From: Chromera velia
Taxonomy: Eukaryota
Direction: 5' to 3'
DNA length: 51,172 nt
Assembly: GCA_018398765.1 (NCBI GenBank)
Contig: JAHBMJ010000281.1
Location: 1 to 51,172, forward strand
Shown here: positions 35,828-47,226 of the stretch, in pieces
Layout: the number at the start of each line of letters is the position of its first letter
Position numbering within the stretch: position 1 is the stretch's first letter
The notes under the pieces: model-generated
The model's input: the letters and a program-made list of their open reading frames with translations, nothing else
Told to the model about the DNA's origin: nothing
Database searches by the model: none
Translations under genes and position numbers: made by a program

Positions 35828-38069
35828 ATGCCCCTCCAAACGGCGGCAAGAGCAGGAGACAGAGAAAGGCCGAGCCAAGAACCTCTCCTTCCCCTGCAGA
35901 GGGAGAGGGGGGCAGGTGCAGCCAACGGAACGAACGGCCGGAGTGGCCTGTCCACCGTCGCCCCCGGTGCAGAAACACACCGAGACAGAGACAGACACGG
36001 AGACGGGGGGGCGCAGCTGAAAAAATTCCTCCGAGAAGATGCTGGCTTGATGAAACGCACCCTTGGACGAATGATGAAGGCATGTGCGCCCGGTGCGCGT
36101 TGTCTGTACCTTGTCTGGCAGTACGTGCTTGCCAACGCCCTGGTTGGGTGTGCCTTCCTTCTGTATTGCAAAATCGCCCACAAGGAATGGATCCTTTTGG
36201 ACCTCAACAAGCGCATCGCAGAGTTGGGGAACTGGAACCTCCAACTGGCAAATTTGCTCTTGCTGGTCGGTCCGTCCGTCCGTTAGCATGCAGCGACAGA
36301 CAGATAGACTGTGACAGGCAGACAGACACAGACAGACACTGCATGCGAACAGATAAAGGTAGCAATCGCACGCAAACACATGCAACCGCGCATCGTCTCT
36401 CTTTCTCATACTCACTTCTCCCGACTCACTGACGGAAATGAATCCAGACACGAATATTGCACCACACGTACGGATGTATGGATGTGCAAATGGGATCGAT
36501 CCTCGAGATCCCTTGAGGCGTCCTGATTGCTGTGCGGCCGGCTGTTGGTCTGGTCCTGCCAACGTATGCATACATGCGCATGGATCTGCAACAACGACTT
36601 ATCTTTTCTGAATTGAATGAATGAGTTTCTTTGACTCACTCACTCACTCACTCCATGATGCAGGCGAGTTACTCTGCGTCGAACTACCTGATCCTCCGAA
36701 CCGTTCTCTGTCTGGCCTGCTTCTCCTTCGTTCTCTACGCTCTGACGTCTCCTGTGGGGTACATGCTTGACATGCTGCTGTTCAACTTCAGCATGGCACT
36801 AATCAACGGGTGGGTCTGTCTGTCTGTTTGTCTGTCGGTTTGTCGGACGGTGGGGGGGTGCATGAGGTCAGATCAGAGCAGAGGAAGGGTATCTATCCTT
36901 GCAAATTCTCCTCCCGCCCCTCTTTCTGTCCCTCTCAAACACACGCACGGCGTCGCGCGGAAGAGAAAGAGAGATAGAGAAGAATGAAGTCGAAAGAATA
37001 GAGAACATCAAGAGGAAAGGGCCGCAGGCAGCCCCCCGCCTGTTTCACCTTCCAGCCAGGGACCGGGTTGTCAGAGGAAGCCCTGGTTGCTTGGCAGATT
37101 TGTATGGTTGGCTGGTTGGTTGCTTGGCTGGTCTGTAGATTGGCTGGTTGGTTGGCTGGATGGTTGGCTGGTTGGTTGCTTGGCTGGTCTGTAGATTGGC
37201 TGGTTGGTTGGCTGGATGGTTGGTTGGTTTGTAGGTTTGGTTTGTTTGTTTGTAGATTGGCTGGTTGGCTGACTGGCTGGATGGTTGGTTGGTTTGTAGG
37301 TTTGGTTGGTTTGTTTGGAGATTGGCTGGCTGGTTGGTTGGTCTGTAGATTGGCTGGTTGGTTGGTTGGTTGGTTGGTCTGTAGATTGGCTGGTTGGTTG
37401 GCTGGATGGTTGGTTGGTTAGTTCGTTGGTTGGTTGGTTGGTTTGTTTGTAGATTTGGTTGGTTAGTTTGTAGGTTTGGTTGGTTGGTTTGTAGGTTGGT
37501 TGGTTGGTTGAGGGAAAACCGCGGAAAGGACTGTGAGTCTGTGAAGCCTTTCTCTGTCAGTCGGGCTGTCTGACTGCAGCCGCGTTCTCCCTTCCTGTCT
37601 TTGACCTTCATTTGTTGATTGATGATTTCGTGATCTGCTGGGGTTCACGTACAGCCGTGGTTTGCGTTTGTTGCGTGCAGCTACTACGCCGTCACGCACC
37701 TTTACCGACAGAGGTCTGCATGCTCTTCGAGCTTTCACCCCCCAAACGCTCAATCGATACTCGCCAACTCTCTCACTCGACTCGCTTGATTGCCCCTCTG
37801 TATCTCTTCTCTCTGGATCTTTTCTATTTTTTTTATTTCTCTATACAACCTGCGTACAGCAAGCCAACTCTCTCACTCGACCCGCTTGATTGCCCCTGCA
37901 GTCGTGTATCTCTGTTCCTTTCTTTTTGTGTCTCGCCCCGTCTGATCTCTTTTCTACTCTACTCTACTCTTCTCCTTTTTTCTCTCTCTACTGACGGACG
38001 AGCTGGTTCATCCATCCGCCCTCAAGCAAGCAAGGGCCCTCCCTCCCTCCCTCTCAGCCTTTCTTTCTT

Positions 38070-38100
<31 letters not shown>

Positions 38101-38101
38101 T

Positions 38102-38134
<33 letters not shown>

Positions 38135-38185
38135 CTTTTTTTTTCTCTTTCTTTCTTTCTTTCTTTCTTTCTTTTTTTTTTTTTC

Positions 38186-38220
<35 letters not shown>

Positions 38221-38221
38221 C

Positions 38222-38256
<35 letters not shown>

Positions 38257-38568
38257 GTCTGTCTGTCTGTCTGTCTTTCTTTCTTTCTTTCTTTCTCCGC
38301 AAAAGACTTTCCTTTCCATCCATCCTAGCAAGCCGTCATGATCTTGCTCTGCTTCTGGACTTTCTGTTCTCTCTCGTGATTGCAAGTCTCCCTTTCGCCT
38401 TTCAAGAAAACAAAAGAAAGCAGAGCAGATCGAAACATGATAGAGGAAGGAGGCAACTTGCACGTGATCAATAAATGGGCTGTCTTTCTCTTTCTGTATG
38501 TGTCCCTCTCTTCTGTGAGTGCGAGTCGTGGTCTTTCTCTGTGTCTCTGTCTCTGTCTCTGTCTCTGC

Positions 38569-38603
<35 letters not shown>

Positions 38604-39134
38604 TGTGTGTGTCTCTCTCACACACCCACACTCACTTTATGTGTACGCATATGTGCATGTATGCATTCACATACGTGTGCGTGTGGGCGTTTGCTTCTGC
38701 TCATGAACGACCAGGCAAATCTTCTCTCACTCTCCTAAGAACTGCCTCCCTGCCTCCCTGCATGCAGGTACGTTGAGTTTCCCCCCGAGTTCGAACAGGC
38801 CTACAGAGCGAGGTTTCGGGAATTCTTGTCCAGAACGGACTTTGAGCTCTTGGCTTCCGAGGGCTTCGTTCGAGGTCTGCCTGCACGGCTGCATGTCTTT
38901 CTCTCTCTATCTCTCTTTATTTTTTCAATTCCTTCCGAGTTCAAGTTTTGCTCTGTCGATCCTTCTCGTCCCCCGTCTTTTCCTTTTTTCATCCTTTTAC
39001 CCTTTTGCTCTTCTGAGCATCTTTGATTGCATTCATGCTTTGACGAAATGAGGAAGGAAGTGTCGTTCTGCTCTTGCACGCAAGGGAGGAAGGAAGAAAG
39101 GAAAGAAAGAACAGACGGTCGAAAGAAAGAACGA

Positions 39135-39166
<32 letters not shown>

Positions 39167-39220
39167 AGGAAGGAAGGAAGGAAGAAAGAAACGAAAGAAA
39201 GAAAGAAAGAAAGAACGAAC

Positions 39221-39252
<32 letters not shown>

Positions 39253-40085
39253 GAACGACAGACAGACAGAAAGATAGAAAGACAGAAAGACAGAGACAGG
39301 CACTTTCTTCTCTCCTCCCGTGACTGACGTTAGTGCGGGGGGGGTCAGGGAGTGTTGTTCAAATCAGAATGAACACAAAAAACAAAAAAAAACCAATCAC
39401 AATCAAACTTCTCGATCTGCCCTCTGTCCCTCTGTGTCCGTCTGCCTGCAGGGGAGGTTCAGGGTGTCTTTCTGAAGAAGAGAGGGGACAACGTGACCTC
39501 CCTGTGCATGCTCGTGGACGGGGAGGTGGAAGTCATGGGAAAGGACGGAATACAGGTCTCTCTCTCTCTCTCTCCCTGTGTGCGTGTGTGTGTGGGGGGG
39601 GAGGCTGGGCGGATGTGGTTTTTGCGCTTCTCTCTTCTCTCAGACAGGCCTCTCTGAAATGGAAAAGAGAAGGAAAAAGAGACGGCCAAAAGGAACGGAA
39701 AGGAAGGGAATGGAACAAAAAGGGAAGAGAGTATCAACGGATGTACATAGATTGGAACACCAAGAAAGGATAAGAGGATTCATCGAGAGAGTCGTCGCTA
39801 GGCTCTGCGTGCGTCAGTCGATCAGTCAACCAAGGAATCAATGGATGATTCGATGATTCATTCATGCAGGTGGTGGACGTACACGGTGCAAATGACCTTC
39901 TGGAGGCCCCTGAGTGGATGAGGAGCGGCCTGAATCCGGATGAGTCCAGGTGNNNNNNGGGTTTGTTTTGAGGGGAGGGGGGGGGAGGGTGCCAGAATGA
40001 ATCCAAGAGAGAGGCGTTTGTTTATAAACAAAAATCCTTCAGTGCTCTCTGGGTCTTTTTATTGATACAGAATGAAGAGGTTACC

Positions 40086-40117
<32 letters not shown>

Positions 40118-40609
40118 TTCTTTCTTTCTTGCTTTTTTCCTTTCCTTCAGCATTCACGTGAATACAATGCATGCAGGTTTGACGTCTCTCTGCGCGTGTC
40201 TTCTCCCTCTGTGACGTTCCTCAAAAGGCCCCTGCATTTATGTTCTCTGCATTTATTCATTATTTGTTTGTTTATTTCCTTCTGTATGAAAATGAATGCA
40301 TGCAGGTTTGACGTCTCTCTGCGCGTGTCTTCTCCCTCTGTGACGTTCCTCAAATGGCCCCGGGAGGCCGTGGTGACTCTTCTGGAGGAGCACCCCCAGA
40401 TCCGCCCGGCTCTCCACGCAGTGCTGGGCATCCAGACGGCAACTGTGTGGACACGCATGGTGTCCTCCTCCGCAGTGGGACGCACGCTTAGCGGTTTCAA
40501 CGCGGCAGAGGGAGAACGGGAACCTCAGGGCGGTCTGTCAACAAAAGACGGGGGGTCAGCAAGCCCGGCGGCTTGGTCCGGGGGGGGGACGCAAGGGAGG
40601 CCGGCGTGA
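35828..40609 (+). CDS. Popeye-domain-containing membrane protein (cyclic-nucleotide-binding-like), 7 exons (35828-36265, 36664-36809, 37681-37713, 38768-38874, 39452-39555, 39870-39949, 40306-40609)
   Basis: TM region LQLANLLLLASYSASNYLILRTVL...DMLLFNFSMALIN, then RYVEFPPEFEQAY..LSRTDF, SLCMLVDGEVEV, LEAPEW, FDVSL, FLKWPRE..LL and AVLG. This is the order of Popeye-domain motifs (DSPE, FQVT). Confidence 0.82.
37105..37510. repeat. (GGTT/GGCT)n compound microsatellite, intronic
   Basis: Direct inspection. Confidence 0.9.
40166..40361. mobile_element. Degenerate palindromic element between 67 bp direct repeats (acceptor and exon start)
   Basis: aatgcatgcaggtttgacgtctctctgcgcgtgtcttctccctctgtgacgttcctcaaa(a/t)ggcccc at 40166 and 40295. 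Insert reads tgcatttat...ttctgtatgaaaatg. Confidence 0.75.
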
Positions 40610-41009
40610 TCGATTGATCGTTTGATGCTTGCATGAATGGAAGACGAATTTATTTGAACAGAAAGGCATTAAGTTCTTCCAGGAATGAAGAGGAGAGATT
40701 GGGGGGAGCTGCAGACAGTAAAGACACCCATGCAGGTGGTTAGCTTGGTTAAAGAAAGAAAGAAAGCGTTTTCAAGCTTAATTCTGTTTCTGCCTACTCG
40801 TTTTGTTTTGCGGGTCCTCCATCTTGAATGAACAGTTAATTGGATGAATTGCCATTCAGCGATGTGTTGCCCTTCTGTGCTGTTAAGAATTCGACTGGCT
40901 GCATGCCAGTGGCTTCATTCACTTGGTCTTATCGCACGCAGTGTGGCTGTCTGTCTGTCTGACTCGCTGTGAAAGTGAGCAAGTCAGTGGGGTGGGCGTG
41001 TGAGGAGAT

Positions 41010-41820
41010 TGCTCTCTAGAAGTGTGTGAGCTAGAGAAATAGTGCATGACATCTTTAGCTAGAGCGCAGTAGCATGCAGTGCCAGCAGTGGAGCTAGGAG
41101 GTCAGGAGACGTCTAGGCCAACGCGACTCTAGGGTAACGTCCGTATAGGGAATCATGATATCAATCATCGATCGATCGATCAGCTTGTGGAAGAAGACTG
41201 CCCTAGCATGCAGTACGGTGTGTCTAGATGTGTATAAAACCCGCCGGACGCTAAATGCTCATTTTCGATCTTTATGGGCCGATGGCGATAATGAGTGATC
41301 CCTAGAGTGATCCAGTGAGTGATGATGATGATCATACACATACTACCTAGCATAATACGCGCTAGACTACGCGTAGACTTCGACGTAATGATATGACTAG
41401 CTATCAATTATAAAGTCATGTTGATTATAATATAGTAACTAATCATAGATCTTTATAAGTGATATATTTATATAATTAGAAAAATATTATATAGAAATAT
41501 TTTATAGTGATAAACTAGAAGTCTCTCATTTTTGAATATTAATTGCAGTTCAATTTAAGAAAATAATATACCTAATATAATTCTAGATATAATTAAAATG
41601 AACTAGCGGCTGTACGTTATGAAAAAACGAGCTGGCTCATGCGTTGCCGCCAAACGCTAGATACCTATTTGTAGGCCGATAGCAATGACGTATGATGATG
41701 ATATAAATATAAGCCATACATACCAGCTAATATCATGATTATTTTTTATAATAAAAATTATATTAGAAATATATTCATGAAGAACTTTGTTTTTTTTTTT
41801 GTATAGATAATAGATATACA
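41010..41820. other. CTAG-rich then extremely AT-rich intergenic block
   Basis: Many ctag at 41010-41400 and very AT-rich sequence at 41400-41820. Confidence 0.6.
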
Positions 41821-42357
41821 GAGTGGGAACGGATCACTCAATGCGAAATCAGTTATGCGAGTGGACAACCGGAATAAACAGTTGGCAACAAAGCTTTCAA
41901 GTTGCCTCCTGCCCAGTCGAGTCGATAAAAACTTCCAAACCCATCCAAGGCGTCTTCAACCAATCTACGGAACTGTCAGAGCTAACACTCAGCCAGAGTG
42001 CGTCGGTTGCAGGGGCGACGGATGGGTAGACTGTCTATCGATGCGAGTGAGCATGCAACAAAGCTGAGCAACCTTGTGAACGCCAAACTTGCATGACAAA
42101 CACAAAGAAGCAGAGAATGAAGACAAACAGGCAGTGACAAGACAAATTGAGGACCACAACATCACTGTGCAGTGCATGTAGGCAAAGAGCACAAAATGAA
42201 CACACCACGTGGGTCCACAAATCTTCTTTTGATCTGTTTTCTTTTTCTTCGGTTCTCCCACTCACGAAAACATGCCATGCAAATCAGAGGGCCGAAAGCA
42301 TTACTGTGTGAAGTCATGATCGAATGAATGAATGAATGAACGAGTGCGTGCGTGGGT

Positions 42358-42547
42358 GCGTTCCTCGTTGAATCGATTATGAGAGATCATGCATGCTTGA
42401 AGAAAAAAGAAAAAAGAATAAAAATTTGTATAGCGTTCCTCGTTGAATCGATTATGAGAGATCATGCATGCTTGAAGAAAAAAGAAAAAAGAATAAAAAT
42501 TTGTATAGCGTTCCTCGTTAAATCGATCACGAGAGATCATGCATGCA
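42358..42547. repeat. 75 bp tandem unit, 2.5 copies, with a core ending in catgcatgc
   Basis: gcgttcctcgttgaatcgattatgagagatcatgcatgc occurs three times (third copy diverged), with A-rich spacers. Confidence 0.85.
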
Positions 42548-43465
42548 CCAGAAAGGAAAAGCCATGCATGCAAAGTGGCAGTAGGACTTTTCTTTAATTC
42601 TTCATTCACGCGTTCTCTTCTTGTCCGTAGAACAACACCGCGACGTGCAGAACCTCTCGACAGTGGCACTGCAGGGCTGAAGAGAAAGGAGGGCCAAGCT
42701 TGATCGAAGCCGGAAAGAAAGAAAGTCGGATCGCTGAACGAATTCGCAATCCTTCCATCCATCCATCCATCCATCCATCCATCCATCCACTGTCCGTGAG
42801 CCCCAAATCCAATAATCTTGTGAACCTTGATTGTTCTCCCTGTGGCTCCACAGATGCATGTGCACGCACACCTCAGATAAGTACAGGTAGACCGGCCTCA
42901 AGAGAAACATGCATTCAAAAACCACACATGCAATCTGACAAGTAGGTTCTTCTCTCTCTTCTTTTTTTCTCGACTCATTCATATCTTCTCTCTTTTTCCT
43001 CTTTTCAAACTCTTATCTATTACTTTGAGGAGAAAATCGTCACGCTGTCAGACCCCCTCTCAGACAATTAAGTCTGCACGGGCATGCACTGAATTCGATC
43101 TTTCAGTTTCAATCTTTGGCGCATCTTATCGTCTAGTAGACTTCTTCCTTCCTTGGCTGATTCAGATACCCTCCTTCCTGTTCTCTCTGTCTGTCTCTCT
43201 CTCTCTCCCCATCTCTAGGTGGTTTGTTTATTCTGTTGCTTTTGTTTGCTTCAGTTCTTATGTCCCCTCACATGCTTGATCGATGGATCGATCGAGAGAT
43301 CACTCCCATCCCAGAGAAGAAAAGAAAAGAACAGAAGAGAAGAGAAAAGAAGAGGAGAGAAGATAAGAGAAGAGAAGAGAAGACTGCAACTCCGCTCCGT
43401 CGAACCAAATTCTTCCTTCCTCACAAACACTGCCGGTCCACTCCCTTAGTTCCTTCCAACGCTCG

Positions 43466-44173
43466 TTAGTTGTTTGACTCAGCCGGAGGGGCAGCGCTCA
43501 TGCTGAGCCTGTCAAGGAGGGGGGCGGTGCGCGCCGACATGATGCGCTGACGGTACCAGAGCACCACAGCAAACACGACACCAATCGTTGCGAGGACGGA
43601 AAGGCCCACGAGGACCCCCAAGCCGATGCCGTTGTTCTTTGGCTTTTTGTCGGACGGGGAGTGACTGTCGGTGTCTTCTTTCTTCGCTTTCGCGCAAGTA
43701 AGCTCGGTGGTGAGCATGTTGCAGACCGCCATGGGCTTGTCTGGAGCCTCATCTGTGCAGTGAGCACAGTCGAAGGAGGGTGTGACGGTGCCATCCTCTG
43801 CGATGTCGATTGCGAAGATTGTGAGGTCAATTGAGGGTTTCATGGAGATACACTCTGCTTCGTTGTCTGTCTCCAGCCTGAGTAGAGACCCGTCCTTGTT
43901 GCTGGAGAGGTTGCTGATGGACAACGTCTTTTGGAGAGTCGGGGTTTTATCAGTGGAAGAAATCTGCAGTTTTGTAGGACTGCCGTCCTTCTCCTCCATC
44001 CGAAACACGTACCCGTTGTTGAACGCCGTCGTCTTCTTGCGGTCTGCGCAAGTGAATCTCTGGCATCCCCACACCTCCATCGTTCTCTTGCCCTCACCGC
44101 TACAGAAGGAAGAATGAGAACTGGCAACGGCGATGCATCCCAGCACCAGCAGAATGGCACAAGCGTTCCTCAT
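43466..44173 (-). CDS. Cys-rich type I membrane protein (signal peptide, 8-Cys ectodomain, TM, short tail), paralog A, intronless
   Basis: 235 aa ORF with signal MRNACAILLVLGCIAVASS, TM IGLGVLVGLSVLATIGVVFAVVLWY and tail TAPLLDR. Confidence 0.85.
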   Translation of the reverse strand: MRNACAILLVLGCIAVASSHSSFCSGEGKRTMEVWGCQRFTCADRKKTTAFNNGYVFRMEEKDGSPTKLQISSTDKTPTLQKTLSISNLSSNKDGSLLRLETDNEAECISMKPSIDLTIFAIDIAEDGTVTPSFDCAHCTDEAPDKPMAVCNMLTTELTCAKAKKEDTDSHSPSDKKPKNNGIGLGVLVGLSVLATIGVVFAVVLWYRQRIMSARTAPLLDRLSMSAAPPAESNN

Positions 44174-44457
44174 TTTCAGTGTCTACTGTTGTATATTTCT
44201 ATATATAGATTTTTTTTTCTCCCTTTTTGAAAGGCAATTGAATTTTCTTATTGATTGGCTGTCCCGCCCCAGAGCGTTGAGCGCTAAGGTCTTTCGAAGC
44301 TTTCTTCCAGCTCTCAATTGGCCCAGCCTCGTGTTGCATCAAATCGTACAAAACATTCCAAATGAGAGGCAACGGGAAAACTCCATGCATGATAGTTTAC
44401 GAAGGTCAGTCAAATGCATGCGGAAGGAGGCTTCGATCGATCATTTTCGTCTCTACT

Positions 44458-44530
44458 GCGCGCCCCACGTATAGGCACCCGGGCCGCGGCCCCTGTGCAT
44501 GTGGCGGCGCCACCGATACATGCGGTTCGG
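44458..44530. promoter_or_regulatory. GC island midway between the two divergent paralogs
   Basis: gcgcgcccc...ggcacccgggccgcggcccc...ggcggcgcacc, with gcatgcatgca at about 44541-44552. Confidence 0.45.
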
Positions 44531-44779
44531 AACTCTGACACGCATGCATGCAGTGACTGACCTTCGCTCTGGTCGATCCAAAACGGACTGTCACTGTTGC
44601 TCATCATACGTATATACATCGTTGCCCTGGCTGAAGGCTCCATTTTTACAGCAATGTGTGTGCCCTCGGTCACAGAACACACTTGAGCTGGCAGGAGGTG
44701 AGGTCAGAGCCGGGAAGGCACAACCTGCTTGCTGATTGACATTGAGTTTCGTACGTGCGCCTCAACGGTGTATGTATAC

Positions 44780-45643
44780 ATGCGACAGATGACATTCACG
44801 GCGAAGCACTTTCTCGCAAGTCTGCTGGTGGTGGGATGCTTCAGGCTTACCCGGACCCACCCTTCTTTCTGCAGCGGGGAGGGAAGCAGGACCCTGGAGC
44901 TTTTCGGTTGCGAGACGTTTACTTGAGGGGACCGCCAGAAGAGGACTCCGCTCCCCAACGGCTACACCCTCCGCATGGAGGAGAAGCTCGGCAACCCCAC
45001 AAAAGTGCAGATGAATTCCATTGACGAAAAGACCCCGACTCTCGAAAAAACTTTAGTGATCAGCAACCTCGCAAGCGGCGATAAGGGAGCTATTCTGAGG
45101 CTGGAGACAGACAACGAAGCAGAGTGCATTTCGATGAAACCCTCCTTTGATCTCACCATCTTCGTCATCGAGATCGCAGATGACGGCAGCGTCACACCGA
45201 CCTTCGATTGCACTCACTGCAGAAAGGAGAATCCAGAAGCCCCGATGGCGTTCTGTCAAATGCAATCCAAAGGTAAAACTTGCGTGACCACAAACAAAAA
45301 GGAAGACAAAGACCACAACCGCACAGATGTGCCAACTGATCTCCCCCAGGACACAGATGCAGACCCAAGCCCTGGGAGGGAAGAGCCTGACACAGAGACG
45401 GTCTCAGACCCTGCGTCGAAAGGGAACAAAGAAAAAGATGCAAATGCAGCTGCAAGCAATAGCCCCTCTGAGCCCGAAAAAGGAATGGGCACCGTTCTCG
45501 CGGTATCCATCGCCATTGGCGTCTTTGTTGGCAGTATGGTTGCTGCAGTACTTTGGAATCGTCGGCGCATGTCCACAAGCACGGCCCCTCTTCTGGACAG
45601 AGGGAGCGAGAGGCCTCAGGCTGGGAGCGACCCCCAGGCCTAG
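44780..45643 (+). CDS. Paralog B of the Cys-rich membrane protein with in-frame TGA at 44924-44926 (selenocysteine candidate or pseudogene)
   Basis: ORFs 44729-44926 and 44975-45643 are in one frame. Read-through gives HPSFCSGEGSRTLELFGCETFT*GDRQKRTPLPNGYTLRMEEK, which aligns without gaps to paralog A HSSFCSGEGKRTMEVWGCQRFTCADRKKTTAFNNGYVFRMEEK. Confidence 0.8.
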
Positions 45644-45859
45644 CTGCATGATGTCTCAATGGAACTGCCAGCCAAAGGCCCGGGCGGGGCATATATGTGT
45701 ACAGAATGCATGAGTCGCCTGCTAGCCTGCTAGCGCCTAGGTCGCCTGCGCCGGCGCTGATTACAAGGAATATCAGACCGCACCACAGATTCATGATGAC
45801 TTGTGTCAGTTGATTGTCACCTGTCAAGTCACCTCGGACTCACCTGCAGTGGTTCATAT

Positions 45860-45895
45860 CGATTTACATAAAAACTTGGAATATCGTTTTGATTG

Positions 45896-45933
<38 letters not shown>

Positions 45934-46480
45934 GGATTGTTTGGTTGATTGATTGATGTCAAACCCTAGGTGGAGTTTCAACGAAGTCATTCTTCATTTT
46001 TTTTAGATACAATCCCAAATTTTCAATAGTTTGAAAGTTGTCAATAAAGTCATTAAACCCCTATTTTGATTGTAAACAATTTGCAAAACTAAAAAAAAAT
46101 ATATTTTAAAAGATTAATTGTGTTTTGTACTACTCTAGGTATTGCTTTGACCTTATTTGTCAGAGATAGTCAAAATCCAGAAGAACAGTAAAGAGATCTA
46201 AAGAGATCTGGTTTTACGTAGAGACAGGAAGTAAACATACGTAAGCTCTATATCATAAAAGTCTAGAGCGGAATGTTTTTGTTGAATTAATACTGTTTGT
46301 AGGTTAAGTTTCTAAAGGGCTGAATCACCAAAAAAGTATAAAATTCTCAATCTGGTTATGATATGCGATTATTATGGTGAACATGCTTTAATGTGTAATC
46401 TATTGATTAAAAAACTTTTAAAATTATCACTTTTGAGTCTTCAAGAATAATTTAAAGTTTTTTCTGCATATGACAGTCTA
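45860..46480. other. AT-rich intergenic block downstream of paralog B
   Basis: Compositional switch; includes a short (GATT)n run. Confidence 0.55.
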
Positions 46481-47226
46481 AACTCGGGATGATGTGCGAT
46501 CGTCTGGATCATTGTATCTTTGTTTGTTTGTGCAGTTACAGCGCAGGAATAGGGGAGCGTGCATGCCGCTGCCCCGGCGGCGGCGCCTCTCTCCGCCCTG
46601 CATGGAGACGGCAGAGACGGCTGTCCATTCTGACATGAATGGCATGTTAATATATGCCTCGTCACTGGATCTGATGTGACCTGATTGTAATTCTGGCATA
46701 TTCTGACGCTCGAGTCGATCGACATATTAACGCTAGCACAATGTCTACGTGTCCAGTCACTGCACGCAATTGGAGCATGGAGAGTACGGAAGAAGCGCTT
46801 TCATTCAGAAGATTCGATCAGCTCGCAAGATTCGACTTGTGGAATTAAGAAGCGTACGTAGCAAGCCCACAGTGTGGCCCACCGGTTCCGTCTGAAAAAG
46901 CCAGACCGAATTCGAGGACGCTTTGCGTGTTTTGACAGCCAGCACATGCAGTCATGGATGGATGCAGAGGTTCGATCAAAAAGACTGAATGAATGACTCT
47001 GCGCCTCCTGTAGGTTGTATATCCCTGGCTGAACCCCTCGGTGCCCAGTTGTGTCACAGCAAAGTCGACCGAGTTCTGACTCTTGGAATTCTAAGACGAG
47101 GAAGCGCCAAAAGTTGTGGAGCAGAGTCTGGCAACCAGCCGGTCCCTTTCTCAAGGTCGCTTCGCCTCCTCCAAGTTGTTCCTTTTGTTTCTGTCCTATA
47201 GCGCCTTCCGACCGTGTCGATCAGGC

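Noticed and set aside
41823..43150. Possible small spliced gene on the minus strand
   Set aside because: The composition is exon-like near 41900-42030, but I could not build a consistent exon chain or recognise a motif.
45648..45695. SECIS candidate ATGA-N11-AA right after the paralog B stop
   Set aside because: Spacing fits, but there is no 3' GA to form the non-Watson-Crick quartet. The hairpin at about 45793-45830 also lacks it.
45961..45970. Telomere-like aaaccct
   Set aside because: Single isolated heptamer, expected by chance.
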